A stretch of 64,000 nt of DNA from assembly GCF_009914755.1 (NCBI RefSeq), contig NC_060932.1; one strand, written 5' to 3'. Made by a program: the position numbers and the translations under genes. The DNA comes from the human T2T-CHM13v2.0 reference genome, Homo sapiens. Below, one piece after another: positions 27,180 through 40,224 of this stretch; position 1 is the first letter of the stretch, and each line of letters opens with the position of its first letter. The notes under the pieces were generated by a model that ran no database searches, was not told the origin of the DNA, and saw nothing but the letters and a program-made list of their open reading frames with translations.

Positions 27180-30100
27180 ATACATTAATAAATTACATAG
27201 TGTCAAAATCACACAGAGTATATTATCTTATTCTAGGACACATACACTACAAATAAACTGCAGAAAGGAAAATTCCCATAAATTTGGAAATTAAGAGTTC
27301 TATTTCTAAAAGTAGCCCTTGGATCAAAGAAGAAATTACAATATAGGAAATTATTTTGAACTAAATGATAATAAAAATGCAATATATCAAAATTTGTATT
27401 ATGCAAAGCCATGCTTAGAGATAAGTTATGCATGTATTAGAAAAGAAGACAAAAAGTAACTGAATTAAGTATCAAATGTGAGATGCTAGAGAGAACATAG
27501 TAAATTAAACTTAATGAAAGTAGAAGAAAAGAAATCCAGAAAACAATAAAATAGAAAAACAAATAGAGAAAAATCAACAAAGCCCTAAGTTGTTTTCTGA
27601 AAAAAATTAATAAAACTGCTATTTCTTTGGTGAGACTGGTCAAAAAATAATAAAGCAGCAAGATACAATATGAAGAATGAAAAAGTGACAATATTATGAA
27701 TCCTATAAAACTTAAAAGATTATACAATAAATAATTTTATAACTTAATTTGAAAAATGTTAATGAATCGTACCTAAGCAGACACAAGAATAAATAAAAAA
27801 ATCTGAATAGTCCTAAAATTATTAATAAAGTTGAATTTATAATCACCAGCCCTCCCTTAAAAAGAACTTCAATACTAGATGGCTGCACCTATATTCTATC
27901 AAACATTTCAGAAAAAAAATGAAATATTACAGAAATTACTTTGGAGAACATAAAAAAGAAAATACTTCAAAACTCATGATTGACAACCACTGTAATCTTG
28001 ATATCAAATGACAAGAACATTAAAAGAAAGAAAAATCACAGGTCAAAATTACTTGTCAATATCGATGCAAAGTTCCTTTAAATAATGGCAAATCTAACAT
28101 AGCAATATGGAAAAATGTTAATACAATCACAACTAAGTGGAGTTCATTCCAGAAATGCAAAGTTAATTTAACCTTTAAGAACAAATCAAAGTAACTCACA
28201 ATGTGAACAGAATAAAAGAGAAAAATCATTTGATTATTTCAAAATGGAAGACAATTTGTTTAATAAAATTCAACATCCACTTAAGATTAAAAGTCTCAGC
28301 AAACTATGACTAGATGAGAACTTCCTTAATTGATTAAAGTAAAACCTATAGCCAACATCATAAGTATTGGTGAAAAGTTTGAAACTTTCCCTGATGTCTG
28401 GCATAAAAATAGACTGTTTATTATCATCATCTATATTTAATATTTTGCTGGAGAATCTAACCAGTACAATAAGATAGGAAAAAGTTAGAAGGAATAATCA
28501 TTGCAAACAAATAAAACTGTTATTTATCACAATATAAGTTTGTGTATGCAAAAATAGTCTAAAATAATCTACATTTAAATTACTAGGATTATGAATTGGG
28601 TTTGGTACAGAAATACATTTATTTTAATATAATGAAAACAGACTATCAGAAAATGAAAATTGTAAAACATGTTATTGATAATAACATAAAAAATGAGGTG
28701 CCTAAGAATAAATCTAATGAAAGATCTGTAAGATTCTTATACAGAAAAATGTGAAACATTCTGAGAGAAATTAAAGAAAACCTAATTAATGAAGGAATAT
28801 ATCATTTTCATATTTTGGAAGACGCTATCTGTAAAGATACCAATTGTTCCCCAAATTGACCAACATAGTCAATTTAATACCCACTAAAATCCTACGTTCC
28901 TGAAGTTAAAGAACTGCTTTCAAAATTTATAACTAAATGCAAAGGGCTAGGTATAGCCAAGACATTTAAAGAACAAGTCCTATGGTAGGAGGATTTACTC
29001 TACTACAATTTTAAACTGATTAAAGCGCAACATTAATCAAGATGTGGTAATGATGAAAAAAGAAATGCATAAACCAATAAATGGAATATAGACCCAGAAA
29101 CCTATAAAATCATGTATAGATATTTATTTTCTGGCTAATCTGACACTTCAGAGATGTGGGACGTAAATGGTCTTTTTAGTAAGTGATGTGGAGAAAATTG
29201 GATTTCCTTATGAAAAAAAATTGCTTTTGAGTCTATCTCATGTTAATTCCAGGTCAATTATAGCTCTAAATGTGAAAACCATCAACATTGATTTCAGAAG
29301 ATAACTAACATCTTTTTAAAAGGGTTTTGAAAATTTTCTTAGAGTATATAGGAAACATTAAGCATATAGGCAAAAACTGGTAAATAGGACTATAGTAAAG
29401 TTAAGAACCTCAACTCCTCAAAAGTGTCATTAATAGAATTAAAAGGCAAATGACAGAATGTGAGATGGATTGTATATCACTAGCCAAGTACTCATATCCA
29501 CAATATATAAAGAACATCTTTTGATAGAAAATAGGTAGACAGCCTAATTGATAAATGATCAAGAAACTTGAGTAGATTGTTCACAGAAAAACATATCCAA
29601 ATGGCCAATAAGCATATGAATATATGCTCAACTTCACTTGTTTCTAGAGAAATATAAAATAAAATCCATGCTCACTAGAAAGCTTGAAATTTAAAACATA
29701 GCAATTACAAGTGTTAAAGAGAATTTGGGACAGTTGGAGCACTCACACACTGCCAATGGAAGTGCAAATGCTACAAAGAAATGATAATGATTGTCTTTAT
29801 CTCTTGAAATTGAACATGTGGATACCCATTGACTCAGAAATTCCATCCCTAGATATGTGTTTAACAAAAATGCCCCCTCCCATGTTTGTATAGTAAAGTT
29901 CATATCAGGCTAAAAGCTCAAAAGTAGAAACAACCCAAATGCCCATCAACTGTAGAATGGAAAATTAAATTGTACCATGTTACAATGGAATACTCTACAG
30001 AAATAAAAATAAATATACTACAGTTATATGCAATAAAGTGAATTTTGTAAACATAACAGTTGACAGAAATATAAAACATTACATATTGAATTATTACATT

Positions 30101-30340
30101 GATTTAAAGTTCAAAACGAAAGTGTGGTGTAATAATTCAGGATAGTGATTAGTTTGATGGAGGACAAAGTGCATGGGGATTAGGAAGGAACATATGAGGG
30201 ATTTCTGGGGTGCCTACAATATTCTATAGTTTGACCGAGATGAGGGCTGCACTGTCTTCTTACGATGACAACTCATTGAGCCATACACGGATATTTGGTG
30301 TACTTTTCTGTGGGTTATTCCTAGTAATAAAAAAATTTTT
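27180..30340 (+). mobile_element. Old L1 (L1ME-like) ORF2 and 3' end; continuation of 13601-16135
   Basis: CCTTGGATCAAAGAAGAAAT; ATAAAATTCAACATCCA; CAAATGGCCAATAAGCATATGAA; AAACAACCCAAATGCCCATCAAC; ends AATAAAAAAA. Confidence 0.85.
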
Positions 30341-30360
30341 ATCACAGAATATAAATCAAT

Positions 30361-32148
30361 CAGTAGAGAATTTTCAAGCTTCCTTCCACCATGCCAATTA
30401 ACTTACCAGCAACTACACTCATCTCTGTCTTCCTACCAAACACTACTGATAAGGCCAGCCTCTCAATCATGCACTAGATTTCATCCCTTCCTGTCACCTC
30501 CAAAAACATGGCAGAGTTCTTAAAATTTTCTAAGAATTCTTTCATGTCTCCACATCATTAACATTTTCACCTTCACCAACAGCATCCAAATAAACATTAC
30601 ATATTCTATTGAAAAAAATACATTACATTGACCCTATTTCCCACCACAGCTAATGATGTATTTTTACCACTATTCTTTGCAATACAATTTCTGGAAAAAG
30701 TTGTCTGTACTTCTTGCCTCCACTTCTTCTCCTCTCATGCTCTCTTAAAAACTCTCTAAATAAGGCTTTTTCCTCACCACTCCCCAAACACTGTTCACTT
30801 GTCAAGGTCACTAATGATGAACTTTCTGTTTATCTTCCAATGATCTTCAACCGTATCTTGTTTGACTCATCTGCAGCTTTAGTTAATATTGATCTACCCC
30901 TCTCTCCATGACATTCTTTCTTCTATTAACTTCCAGGGCACCACAATCTTTGGTTTTCTTGCCACCTCACAAGGAATTTCCCTCCTTATTTTCCTTCTCT
31001 GTGTCTTTCTTCTTCTTTTTCTAGACCATGTAATGTTAAAGCAGAGTCTTGGTTTATTTATCTACATACCTGCACTCTCTTATTGAACTCATCCAGGCTC
31101 ATGGCTTCAAATGTCCTCTGTATGTTGAAAACAATTCTCAAATTTAAATCTCTAGCCCATATATGTCTTGGGAACTCCAGTTTTATCAACCCAACAACCT
31201 ACTCAACATCTTCACTTGGATTTTTGACATCTTAAATTCATGTTTCCAAAACTGAACTTTTGATTTTCCCTCCCATACAACTCCACTGACTTTTCCCTAT
31301 CTCAGTGGCAACTCCATCTTTCTGGTTACTGAGAACAAAAATCTTAGAGTCATCTTTGATTTCTTTCTTCCTCTGAAACGCCACATTTAATTATAAGGAA
31401 GTCCTATTAGGCTCAATTTTTTACAGTTATCTGTAGCCTAATTAATTGTCCCTGTCTCCATGTCTGCCATCCTGTTCCAAGCTGCCATGGTCTCCCACCT
31501 GGATTCTACAGGGCACTCCTAAAGCTCTTCCTATCTCTACTTTACCTTCCACAAACTACTGAAAAATGGCATGCAGAGTGAGATTCTTAACTATTTGTCC
31601 TATTATATCACAGATCTATTTACAAATTTTTAATAGCTTCTAATCCTACTCAGAATAAAAGGCAAAGTCTTAGGTCCTAATGAGCTGCCTCCTCTCATTT
31701 CTCTCACCCTGCCTCTCTGATACTCCTCCTCACCTACAATGGTTCATTGCTGCTGCCCACACATGCCTTGCACATCAGTACTCCAGGACCACACAACTTG
31801 CTGTTTTCTCTGTCAGAAATGCCAATTTCCAGATATCTGGGCTTATTTTCCTTACTAACTCCAGTCTTTGCCCATATTTAATCTTTTGAGTTATGCTTAC
31901 TCTAAGTCTTCTATTTCAAATCCCAATCTTCTTTCCACCTCACATTCCTGTCCTATTTATGTTTCATGACACTTCTTAGCATTAAGATAGTAAGGAATCA
32001 TATTTATTGTGCATGTTATATATTGTCTGACTCCCTCACTAGAATGTAAGGTCACAGGGAAGTGATCTCTGTTTTGTTTGCTGATGCATTCCAAGTGACT
32101 GGTACATAGTAGGTGCTCGATAAGTACGTATTAAATAAATTAATAAAT
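30361..32148 (+). mobile_element. L2 (L2a-like) 3' ~1.8 kb
   Basis: CTTGTCAAGGTCACTAATGA; CTCATCCAGGCTCATGGCTT; terminal GTACATAGTAGGTGCTCGATAAGTACGTATTAAATAAAT. Confidence 0.9.
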
Positions 32149-33169
32149 GTAGGGCCTCACAGCTCTTTTACACATTTTGTACATAAATAAGAAAAGCCAC
32201 TGGAAAATTATGAGCAAGTGAATATTTGTCTTCAAAGCAAAAAATGAGAAAAACAAAATTGATATTGATTTCTAAGACAGATTGGAATGAACCAGGTATG
32301 ACCATGTTAGAGAAATAAAAATGTCCATTAGGCTGAGCATGGAGAATAAAGCTTTTCATTTTCCTCAGAAAACATTGCTCCAGACTCTCTCAAGGGGAAG
32401 AGGTTGGGAATATTAAATTGGAATTTTGAGGGGAGAAATAAGGGAATAAAAACAGTGGAGCACCACACAATCATGGGACATTAAATAAGAGGGAACAGAG
32501 AAATTAGATGGCTAGTACAAAGAAATGCCCATCATCCTTCACTTTATGAAGAAAGGAAAGCCTCCAATCCAAAGGTAATGGGCTAGCTTCCACTGTGATG
32601 TTCTCACTGATTTTACCAATATGATGCATAGTTAGCACATGTGTAAGCATCATTTCTGTTAACCACATAATGTAAGATTTTATCTAAAGATCTCTAAATC
32701 TAAATTATTTCCCCAGAAATATTCACACACACATAAAGAAAGCTATCTCCTAAAAAATGTTTTCTCCCTCACACTAGATATTTGGAAATAAATGACAGGA
32801 AACAAACAAGCATTCTACAGCATCAGAATTCTCAGATCTCAAGCAGGCTGAGGGCATCTCACAAACTGGACTTGCTTTAGGGCAATCTGTAATTTACCAA
32901 ATAATGAGAATTCTCCTATGGCTGATTTTCCTAAAAACTTTACCTCAGCTCTCTATCACCCAAAGTCTACTTTAATCAGAAATAGAGTGGAATAGGCAAT
33001 ACTATTACTGAAGAAAATCAAAGATAAAATCAGTGAATAAAGATGTGTAAGGTATATGAAATCCTCTAATTCCTCCATATTTCTTGGAAATAAAAGAGCC
33101 TTCTGCTACAACATTGGGAAGAAAACTAAGATGATTCCACTAGGGCGCTTAAAGAACAGACTCAGATCC

Positions 33170-34472
33170 ATCCATTTAGTCATTTGATAACGCTATCTGT
33201 ATTAACTGAACCCTTGCTGTTTGCTGGAGACAAAGATTAAAGATTATCAACAAATCAGTGAATTAACAATGTATTTCTGAGAGAAAAAAAGCTTACCAAA
33301 ACTTTGAATGAAGTGTGGCAAATATTATGTTAAAGGATAAATAAGAAACAATTTATGGACCATTGGATCAAAGAAGAGGGAAAATAATATAGCTCAGATT
33401 AAAGGAGAGGTCAGGTCAAGCTGTCACAAATCCGAAGGAGTTTTTAAATAATGGAAAGGTGGGGAAACACAGTTACAAGGGAGGAAAGAACAAAGTTGCC
33501 CATGCTGAGAGGATCACTTCCTAGTGCCTTTAAAAGCCAGCAGTCTGCACTTTAAGTTGTCTGGAGTGAGCCTTGCCTATGGGAGAGAATGACAGATAAA
33601 GTTAGAAAAAAAGACATGAGCCTGATTATGAAACGCCTTGTTTGCCAAGCTCAGCAATTTAGACTTTCCTGAAGGCTATGGAAGCCCATTGACAGAATTT
33701 AATTATGGGGATGCCATGATTTGATTTGCATTTAATATCCCTGGGAAAGATGAATTGCAGAGGAAAAATCTCTAAAAGCAGGGAGAACTTTCAGAAGGTT
33801 ATTACAGTCGTCACAGCAAGAAGAGATAAAGGAATAAACTAAAGTAGTAACAGGCAGAAATGGAGAGGAGATGTTCTCCAAATAAAATATAGCAAGTAGA
33901 TTCAACAGGATCTGATGATCAATGAGGGTGGGAAGAGAATTCGAGGATGAAGGGGCTTAGACAGATTCCAGTTTTCTGGTTTAAGTGACTGGATATAGTG
34001 GCATTGCTGATAAAGTAAGATAAAGAGTAGGTGTGGAGGGCAAGGTATGGAGTCCAGTGTTAACATGTAGATTTTGAGATGTTTGTGGAACAAGCAAATG
34101 AGAATGATCAGCCAGGAGCTGTGCATATGATTACAAAGTTAAGAAAAGAAATTGTAGTAGTGGATACAAATTTGAGAGTCGTCAGGTTTAGATAAGGTTA
34201 TAGATAGTTAATACATAGAGTAAGAAAAGCAGAAGACCAATGATTGTACTCTGAAAAACACTAATATTTCAGGGCTGGATTAAGAAGGTAAACCATCAAA
34301 GGAGACTGAATGTGAGACACTAGAACATAAGAGAAACATGGAAGTCAGGGCAGGGGACAACTCAAAGTAGGAAAGAATGGTTCACAGGGTCAAATATTGA
34401 GAATGGTTAGGCATTACTTGACAATCATGACATTAATGATGACTTTGATTAGAGCGCTTTCCATGGAGTAGT
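33170..34472 (-). mobile_element. L2 fragment (continues at 44046)
   Basis: ATGATTTGATTTGCATTT; GATTCCAGTTTTCTGGTTTAAGTGACTGG; TTTGAGAGTCGTCAG; GACTTTGATTAGAGC. Confidence 0.8.
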
Positions 34473-35736
34473 GAAAAAAAGATGAGGAAGGATGGGGCCA
34501 ATATGGCCAACTAGAAGCAGCTACAGTGTGTGGCCTTCACAGAGAAGAGTGAAAGGGGTGAGTAAATACAACACTTTTAACTGAAACTTCCAGATACTCC
34601 ATTGGGACTGATCAGAGAAACAGCTCGACTCACAGAGAATAGAGAAAAGCAGGGCAAGGCAATGGCCCACCTGGGAGCAACACAGAGCCAAGGGAACCTC
34701 CCCCCATGCAGAGAAGTGGTGAGTGAATGTGCAACCCTGGGAAACCACACTTCTCCCACAGTTCTTTGCAAATTACATATCAGGGGATCCTCTGTGAGCT
34801 CAAGCCACCAGGGCCTTCAGTCTGCCACAGAGCCGTGTGGAGTCTCAGCAGAGCAGTTGCTCAGGTGGGCATAGAGACCCAGGAGCTTTATATGCTCTGG
34901 CTCTTGGATCCCTGACAAAGTTGATTGCAACTCAGGCAAGGCAGGAGGTTCCTACATACCCCTAGGAAGGGGGCTGAATCCAAGGGGCTGAGCAGCATGG
35001 ATCTGCAGGTCCCACATCCATGACACTTCACAGGATAGGACCCACTGGCTCAGAATTTGAGCCAGCCACCAACGGTGTTGCACCTACCTGGGATGGGATG
35101 TAGTTCCCAGGGAGAGGGGCAGGCTGCCATCTTTGCTGTTTGCATGACTCAGCTGTTCCAGCCTGTGGGCTTAGGAGAGTCAAAACTGACTTTCCTAAGA
35201 CTGGGGGCACAAAGGGATCCCCCAGCACAGCACAGCACAGCACAGCTGCTCTACAAAAACATGGATAGACTGCTTTTTTAACTGGGATCCTGATCCATTC
35301 TGCCTCAGTGGGCAGGACCTCCCAACCAGGGCCTCCAGCCACCCCCTCTTGTATTCTCTGGCAAAGAGAGTTTTGATTTCCCAGGGGGAGAGGCAGGCAG
35401 CCATCTTCAGTGACTCAGCTGTTCCAGCCTGCAGGCTTTGGAGAGTCCAAGCTGACTGGGGCAGGAACAGTACCCCAGCACCACACAGCTGCTCTACAAA
35501 AGTGTGGCCAGACTGCTTCCTTAAGTGGGTCACTGATCCATTCCTCCTCACTGTGTGGGACTTTCCAACCAGGGCCTCCAGCCACTCCCACTCATGTTCT
35601 TTGGCTGACAGAGGTTTGAAAACTTCCTGGGAAAGAGCTCCTAGAGGGAAGACTGGACCACCATTTTTGCTGTTTCAGCAACTTAGCCATTCCAGCCCCC
35701 AGGCTTTGGAGAGCCCACGACAACTGAGGGTGGAAG

Positions 35737-37190
35737 TGAGAGGTGACAACGTGCTAGCAGCCCTCGCTTGCTCTCAGCACCTCCTCAGGCCACAGCGTCC
35801 ACTCTGGCTGTGCTTGAGGAGCCCTCCAGCCCTCCAGCCTGCCGCTGCACTGTGGGAGCCCCTCTCTGGGCTGGCCGAGGCTGGAGCTGGCTCCTTCTGC
35901 TTAAAGGGAGGTATGGAGGGAGAGGCACGGGCAGGAACCAGGGCTGCACATGGCGCTCGCAGGCCAGCACGAGTTCCAGGTGGGCATGGGCTCAGTGGGC
36001 CCTGCACTCAGAGTGGCCAGCTGGTGCTGCCAACCCCAGGCAGTGAGGGGCTTAGCACCTGGGCCAGCAGCTGCGGAGGGTGCGCCAGGTCCCCCAGCAC
36101 TGTTGGCCCGCCCGTACTCCTCTTGAATTCTCTTCAGGCATCAGTCGCCTCCCCGTGGGGCAGGGCTCAGGACCTGCAGCCTGCCATGCCCAAGCCCCTC
36201 CCCACCATGGGCTCCCATGCGGCCTGAGCCTCTCTGATGGACGCTGCCTCCTGCTCCTTGGAACCCGGTCCCATCAACCGCCCAAGGGCTGAGGAGTGCA
36301 GGCACAAGGTGCAGGACTGGTGGGATCCACTAGGCAAAGCCAGCTGGGCTCCTGAGTCGGGTGGGGACTTGGAGAACTTTTATGTCTAGCTGGAGGATTG
36401 TAAATGTACCAATCAGCACTCTGTGTCTAGCTCAAGTTTTGTAAAGGCACCAATCAGTACCCTGTGTCTAGCTCAAGGTTTGTAAATGCATCAATCAGTG
36501 CTCTGTGTCTAGCTAATCTAATGGGGAGTTGGAGAACTCTTATGTCTAGCTAGAGGATTGTGAATGCACCAATCAGCACTCTGTGTCTAGCTCAGGGATT
36601 GTAAACACACTAATCAGCACCCTGTCAAAACGGACCAATCAGCTCTCTGTAAAATGGAACAATCAACTCTCTGTAAAATGGACCAATCAGCAGGATGTGG
36701 GTAGGGCCAGATAAGCGAATAAAAGCAGGTTGCCCGAGCCAGCAGTGGCAACCCGCTCGGGTCCCCTTCCACACTGTATCAGCTTTGTTCTTTTGGTCTT
36801 TGCAATAAATCTTGCTGCTGCTCACTCTTTGGGTCTGCACAAACTTTATGAGCTGTAGCACTCACCGTGAAGGTCTGCAGCTTCACTCCTGAGGCCAGCG
36901 AGACCACGAACCCACCGGGAGGAATGAACAACTCCAGACAGGAGGAACAATGAACAACTCCAGACATGCCACCTTAAGAGCTGTAACACTCACCACAAAG
37001 GTCTGCAGCTTCACTCCTGAAGCCAGCGAGACCATGAACCCACCAGAAGGAAGAAACTCTGAACACGTCCGAACATCAGAATGAACAAACTCTGGACACA
37101 CCACCTTTAAGAACTGTAACACTTACTGCAAGTGTCCGTGGCTTCATTTTTGAAGTCAGTGAGACCAAGAACCCACCAATTCCAGACACA
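35737..37190 (+). mobile_element. LTR12 (LTR12C/E-like, ERV9) solo LTR
   Basis: TGAGAGGTGACAACGTGCTAGCAG start; AACCCACCAATTCCAGACACA end; perfect 4-bp TSD GAAG (35733-35736 / 37191-37194). Confidence 0.97.
36375..36760 (+). promoter_or_regulatory. LTR12 U3 enhancer/promoter: CCAATCAG repeats, GATA site and TATA-like AATAAAA
   Basis: ~41-bp units (C)ACCAATCAGCACTCTGTGTCTAGCT; GGACCAATCAG repeats; AGATAA at ~36709; AATAAAAGC at ~36718; activity not demonstrated. Confidence 0.7.
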
Positions 37191-40100
37191 GAAGCGGTAC
37201 CTCAGCACAGCACAGCTGCTCTACAAAAGTGTGGGCAGACTACTCCTTTAAGTGGATCCTCAATCCTGTTCCTCCTGATTGGGTGAGCTCTCCTAATCAG
37301 GGACTCCAGCCACCATCTGCAGGTATGTTCAGGCCAGCAACAGGACTGTACCACTTTGGAATGGAGCTCCCAGAGGGAGGGGTAGGCTGCCGTCTTTGCT
37401 GTTTCACAACTTTCACTGGTGATACCTCAAGGTACTGGAAAATCCAAGGCAAGTAGGGACTGGAGCAGACTTCCAGCAAACCACAGTAGCCCTGTGGAAA
37501 AGTAGCCAGACTGTTAAAATAATTAAAAGAAAAAAAGAAGCCCATACAAAGGTCAGCAACCTCAAAGATTTAAGGTAGATAACCTACAAAGATGAGAAAG
37601 AATCAGGGCAAAAATGTGGAAAACTCAAAAAGCCAGAGTGCCCTCGTTCCTCCAGATGATAGCAACACCTCTCCAGCAGGAGTTTGGAACTGGGCTAAGG
37701 CTAAAATGGCTGTAATAACAGAAGTAGGCTTCAGAATGTAGATAAAAACAAACTTCACTGAGCTAAAGAAGCACTATGTAACTCAATGCAAGGAAGCTAA
37801 AAATCATGATAAAACATTACAGGAGCTGCCAGACAAAGTAACCAGTATAAAGAAGAACATAACCAATGTAATAGAGCTGAAAAATGCACTACAAGACCTT
37901 CACAATGCAATCACAAGTAACAACAGCAGAACAGGCCAAATGGAGGGAAGAATCTCAGAGCTTGAAGACTGTCTTTCTGAAATAAGACTGGCAAACAAGA
38001 ATAGAGAAGAAAGAATGAAAAGGAATGAACAAAACCCACAAGAAATATGGAATTATGTAAAGAGACCAAATCTACAATGGATTAGGGTACCTAAAAGAGA
38101 TGGGGAGAATGGGACTAATTTGGGAAACATAATTCATTATATCATCCATGAGAACTTCCCCACCTTAGCTAGACGGGCCAACATTCAAATTCTGGAAATG
38201 CAGAGAACCCCAGTAAGATAATCCATGAGAAGATCATGCCCAAGACACATAATCATCAGACTTGCCAAGGTCAAAATAAAAAAATGTTAAGGGCAACCAG
38301 AGAGAAAGGCCAGATCACCTACAAAACCAAGCCCATCAGAATAACAGTGGACCTCTCCGCAGAAATCCTACAAGCCAGAAGCAACTGGGGACCAATATTC
38401 AATATTCTTAAATAAAGGAATTTCCAACCCAGAATTTCATATCCAGTCAAACTAAACTTCATAAGTGAAGGAGAGGAGAAATAAGATCTGTTTCAGATAA
38501 GCAAATGCTGAGGGAATTTGTTACCACCAGACCTGCTTTACAAGAGCTCTTGTAGAAAGAACTAAATATGGAAAGGAAACCATTACCAGCCACTGCAAAA
38601 CACACTGAAGTACACAGACCAGTGACACTATAAAACAACCACATAAACAGTTCTGCAAAATAGCCAGCTATTATCATAATGACAGCATCAAATCCACACA
38701 TAACAATACTAACCTTAAATGTAAGTGGGCTAAATGCCTCAATTAAAAGACAAAGAGTGGCTACCCGGATAAACAACCAAGACCTATTGGTATGCTGTCT
38801 TTGAGAGACCCATCTAACATGCAATGACACACATGGCTCAAAATAAAGGGTTGAATGGAAAATTACCAAGCAAATGGAAAACTGAAAAAAGCAGGAGTTG
38901 CAGTCCTGGTTTCTGATAAAACAGATTTTAAACAAACAAACATTTTTTAAAAAGACAAAGAAAGGCATTACATAATGGCAAAGGTTTTATTTGACAAGAA
39001 GAGATAACTCCTAAATATGCACCAACGCAGAAACACCCAGATTCATAAAGCAAGCTCTTAGAGACCTTCAGAGACTTAGACTCCCACACAATAATAGTAG
39101 GAGATTTTAACCCCATACTGACAATATTAGACAAATCATCACGACACAAAAGTGACAAAGATATTAAGGACCTGAACTCAGCTCTGGATCAAATGAACCT
39201 GATAGATATTTACAAACCTTTCTACCACCAACCAACAGAATATACATTCTTCTCATCACCACAGGGCACTTCCTCTACAACTGATAACATTGTCAGAAGT
39301 AAAACTCTCCTCAGCTAATGCAAAAGAACAAATCACAACAGTCTCTTGGAAAACAGTGCAATCAAATTATAAATCAAGATTAAGAAACTCACTCTAAACC
39401 ACACAACTACATGGAAATTGAACAACCTGCCCTTGAATGACTTCCGGGTAAATAATGAAATTAAGGCAGAAATCAAAAAGTTCTTTGAAACTAGTGAGAA
39501 CAAAGATACAACATACCAAAATCTCTGGAGCACACCCAGAGAATTGTTAAGAGGGAAATTTATAGCACTAAATGTCCACATCAAAAAGTCAGAATCTCAA
39601 GTTAACAACCTAACATCACAACTAAAAGAACTAGAGAACCAAGAGCAAACAAACCCCAAAGCTAGAAGAGGACAAGAAATAACCAATATCAGAGGTGAAA
39701 TGAAAGAGATAAAGACATTAAAAACCATCCAAAAGATCAGTAAATCCATTTCTACTGAAAATATTCCAAAAAGTTGAAACAACTTTTTCTATGAAACTCA
39801 CAGAAACTCATGAGTTTCTAACTCGTTCTATGAGATGATCATCATCGTGGTACAAAAACCTGGCAGAGAAACACAAAAACTTCAGGCCAATATCCTTGAT
39901 GAACACTGATGTAAAAATCCTCAACAAAATCCTGGCAAACAGAATCCAGTAACACAACACAAAGCTTATACAGCACAATCAAGCAGGCTTCATCCCTGTG
40001 ACAACATACACAAATCAATAAATGTCATCCATAACATAAACAGAACTAAAGACAAAAAACCACATGATTATCCCAATAGATGCAGAAAAGGCCTATGATA

Positions 40101-40224
40101 AAATTCAACATCCCTTCATGTTAAAAACTCTCAATAAACTAAGTATTGAGGGAACATGCCTCAAAATAATAAGAGCCATGTATGACAAACTCACAGCCAA
40201 TGTCATACTGAATGGGCAAAAGCT

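Noticed and set aside
35349-36227. Longest ORF (292 aa)
   Set aside because: Starts at TTG, spans the L1 5'UTR/LTR12 junction, lies in GC-rich repeat DNA poor in stop codons, and has no recognisable domain.
36375-36690. ~41-bp repeats resembling a CRISPR array
   Set aside because: Contiguous tandem units without unique spacers, known LTR12 U3 structure, eukaryotic context and no cas genes.
36855-37130. Repeated GGTCTGCAGCTTCACTCCTGA...GAACCCACC units
   Set aside because: Standard LTR12 U5 tandem repeats.
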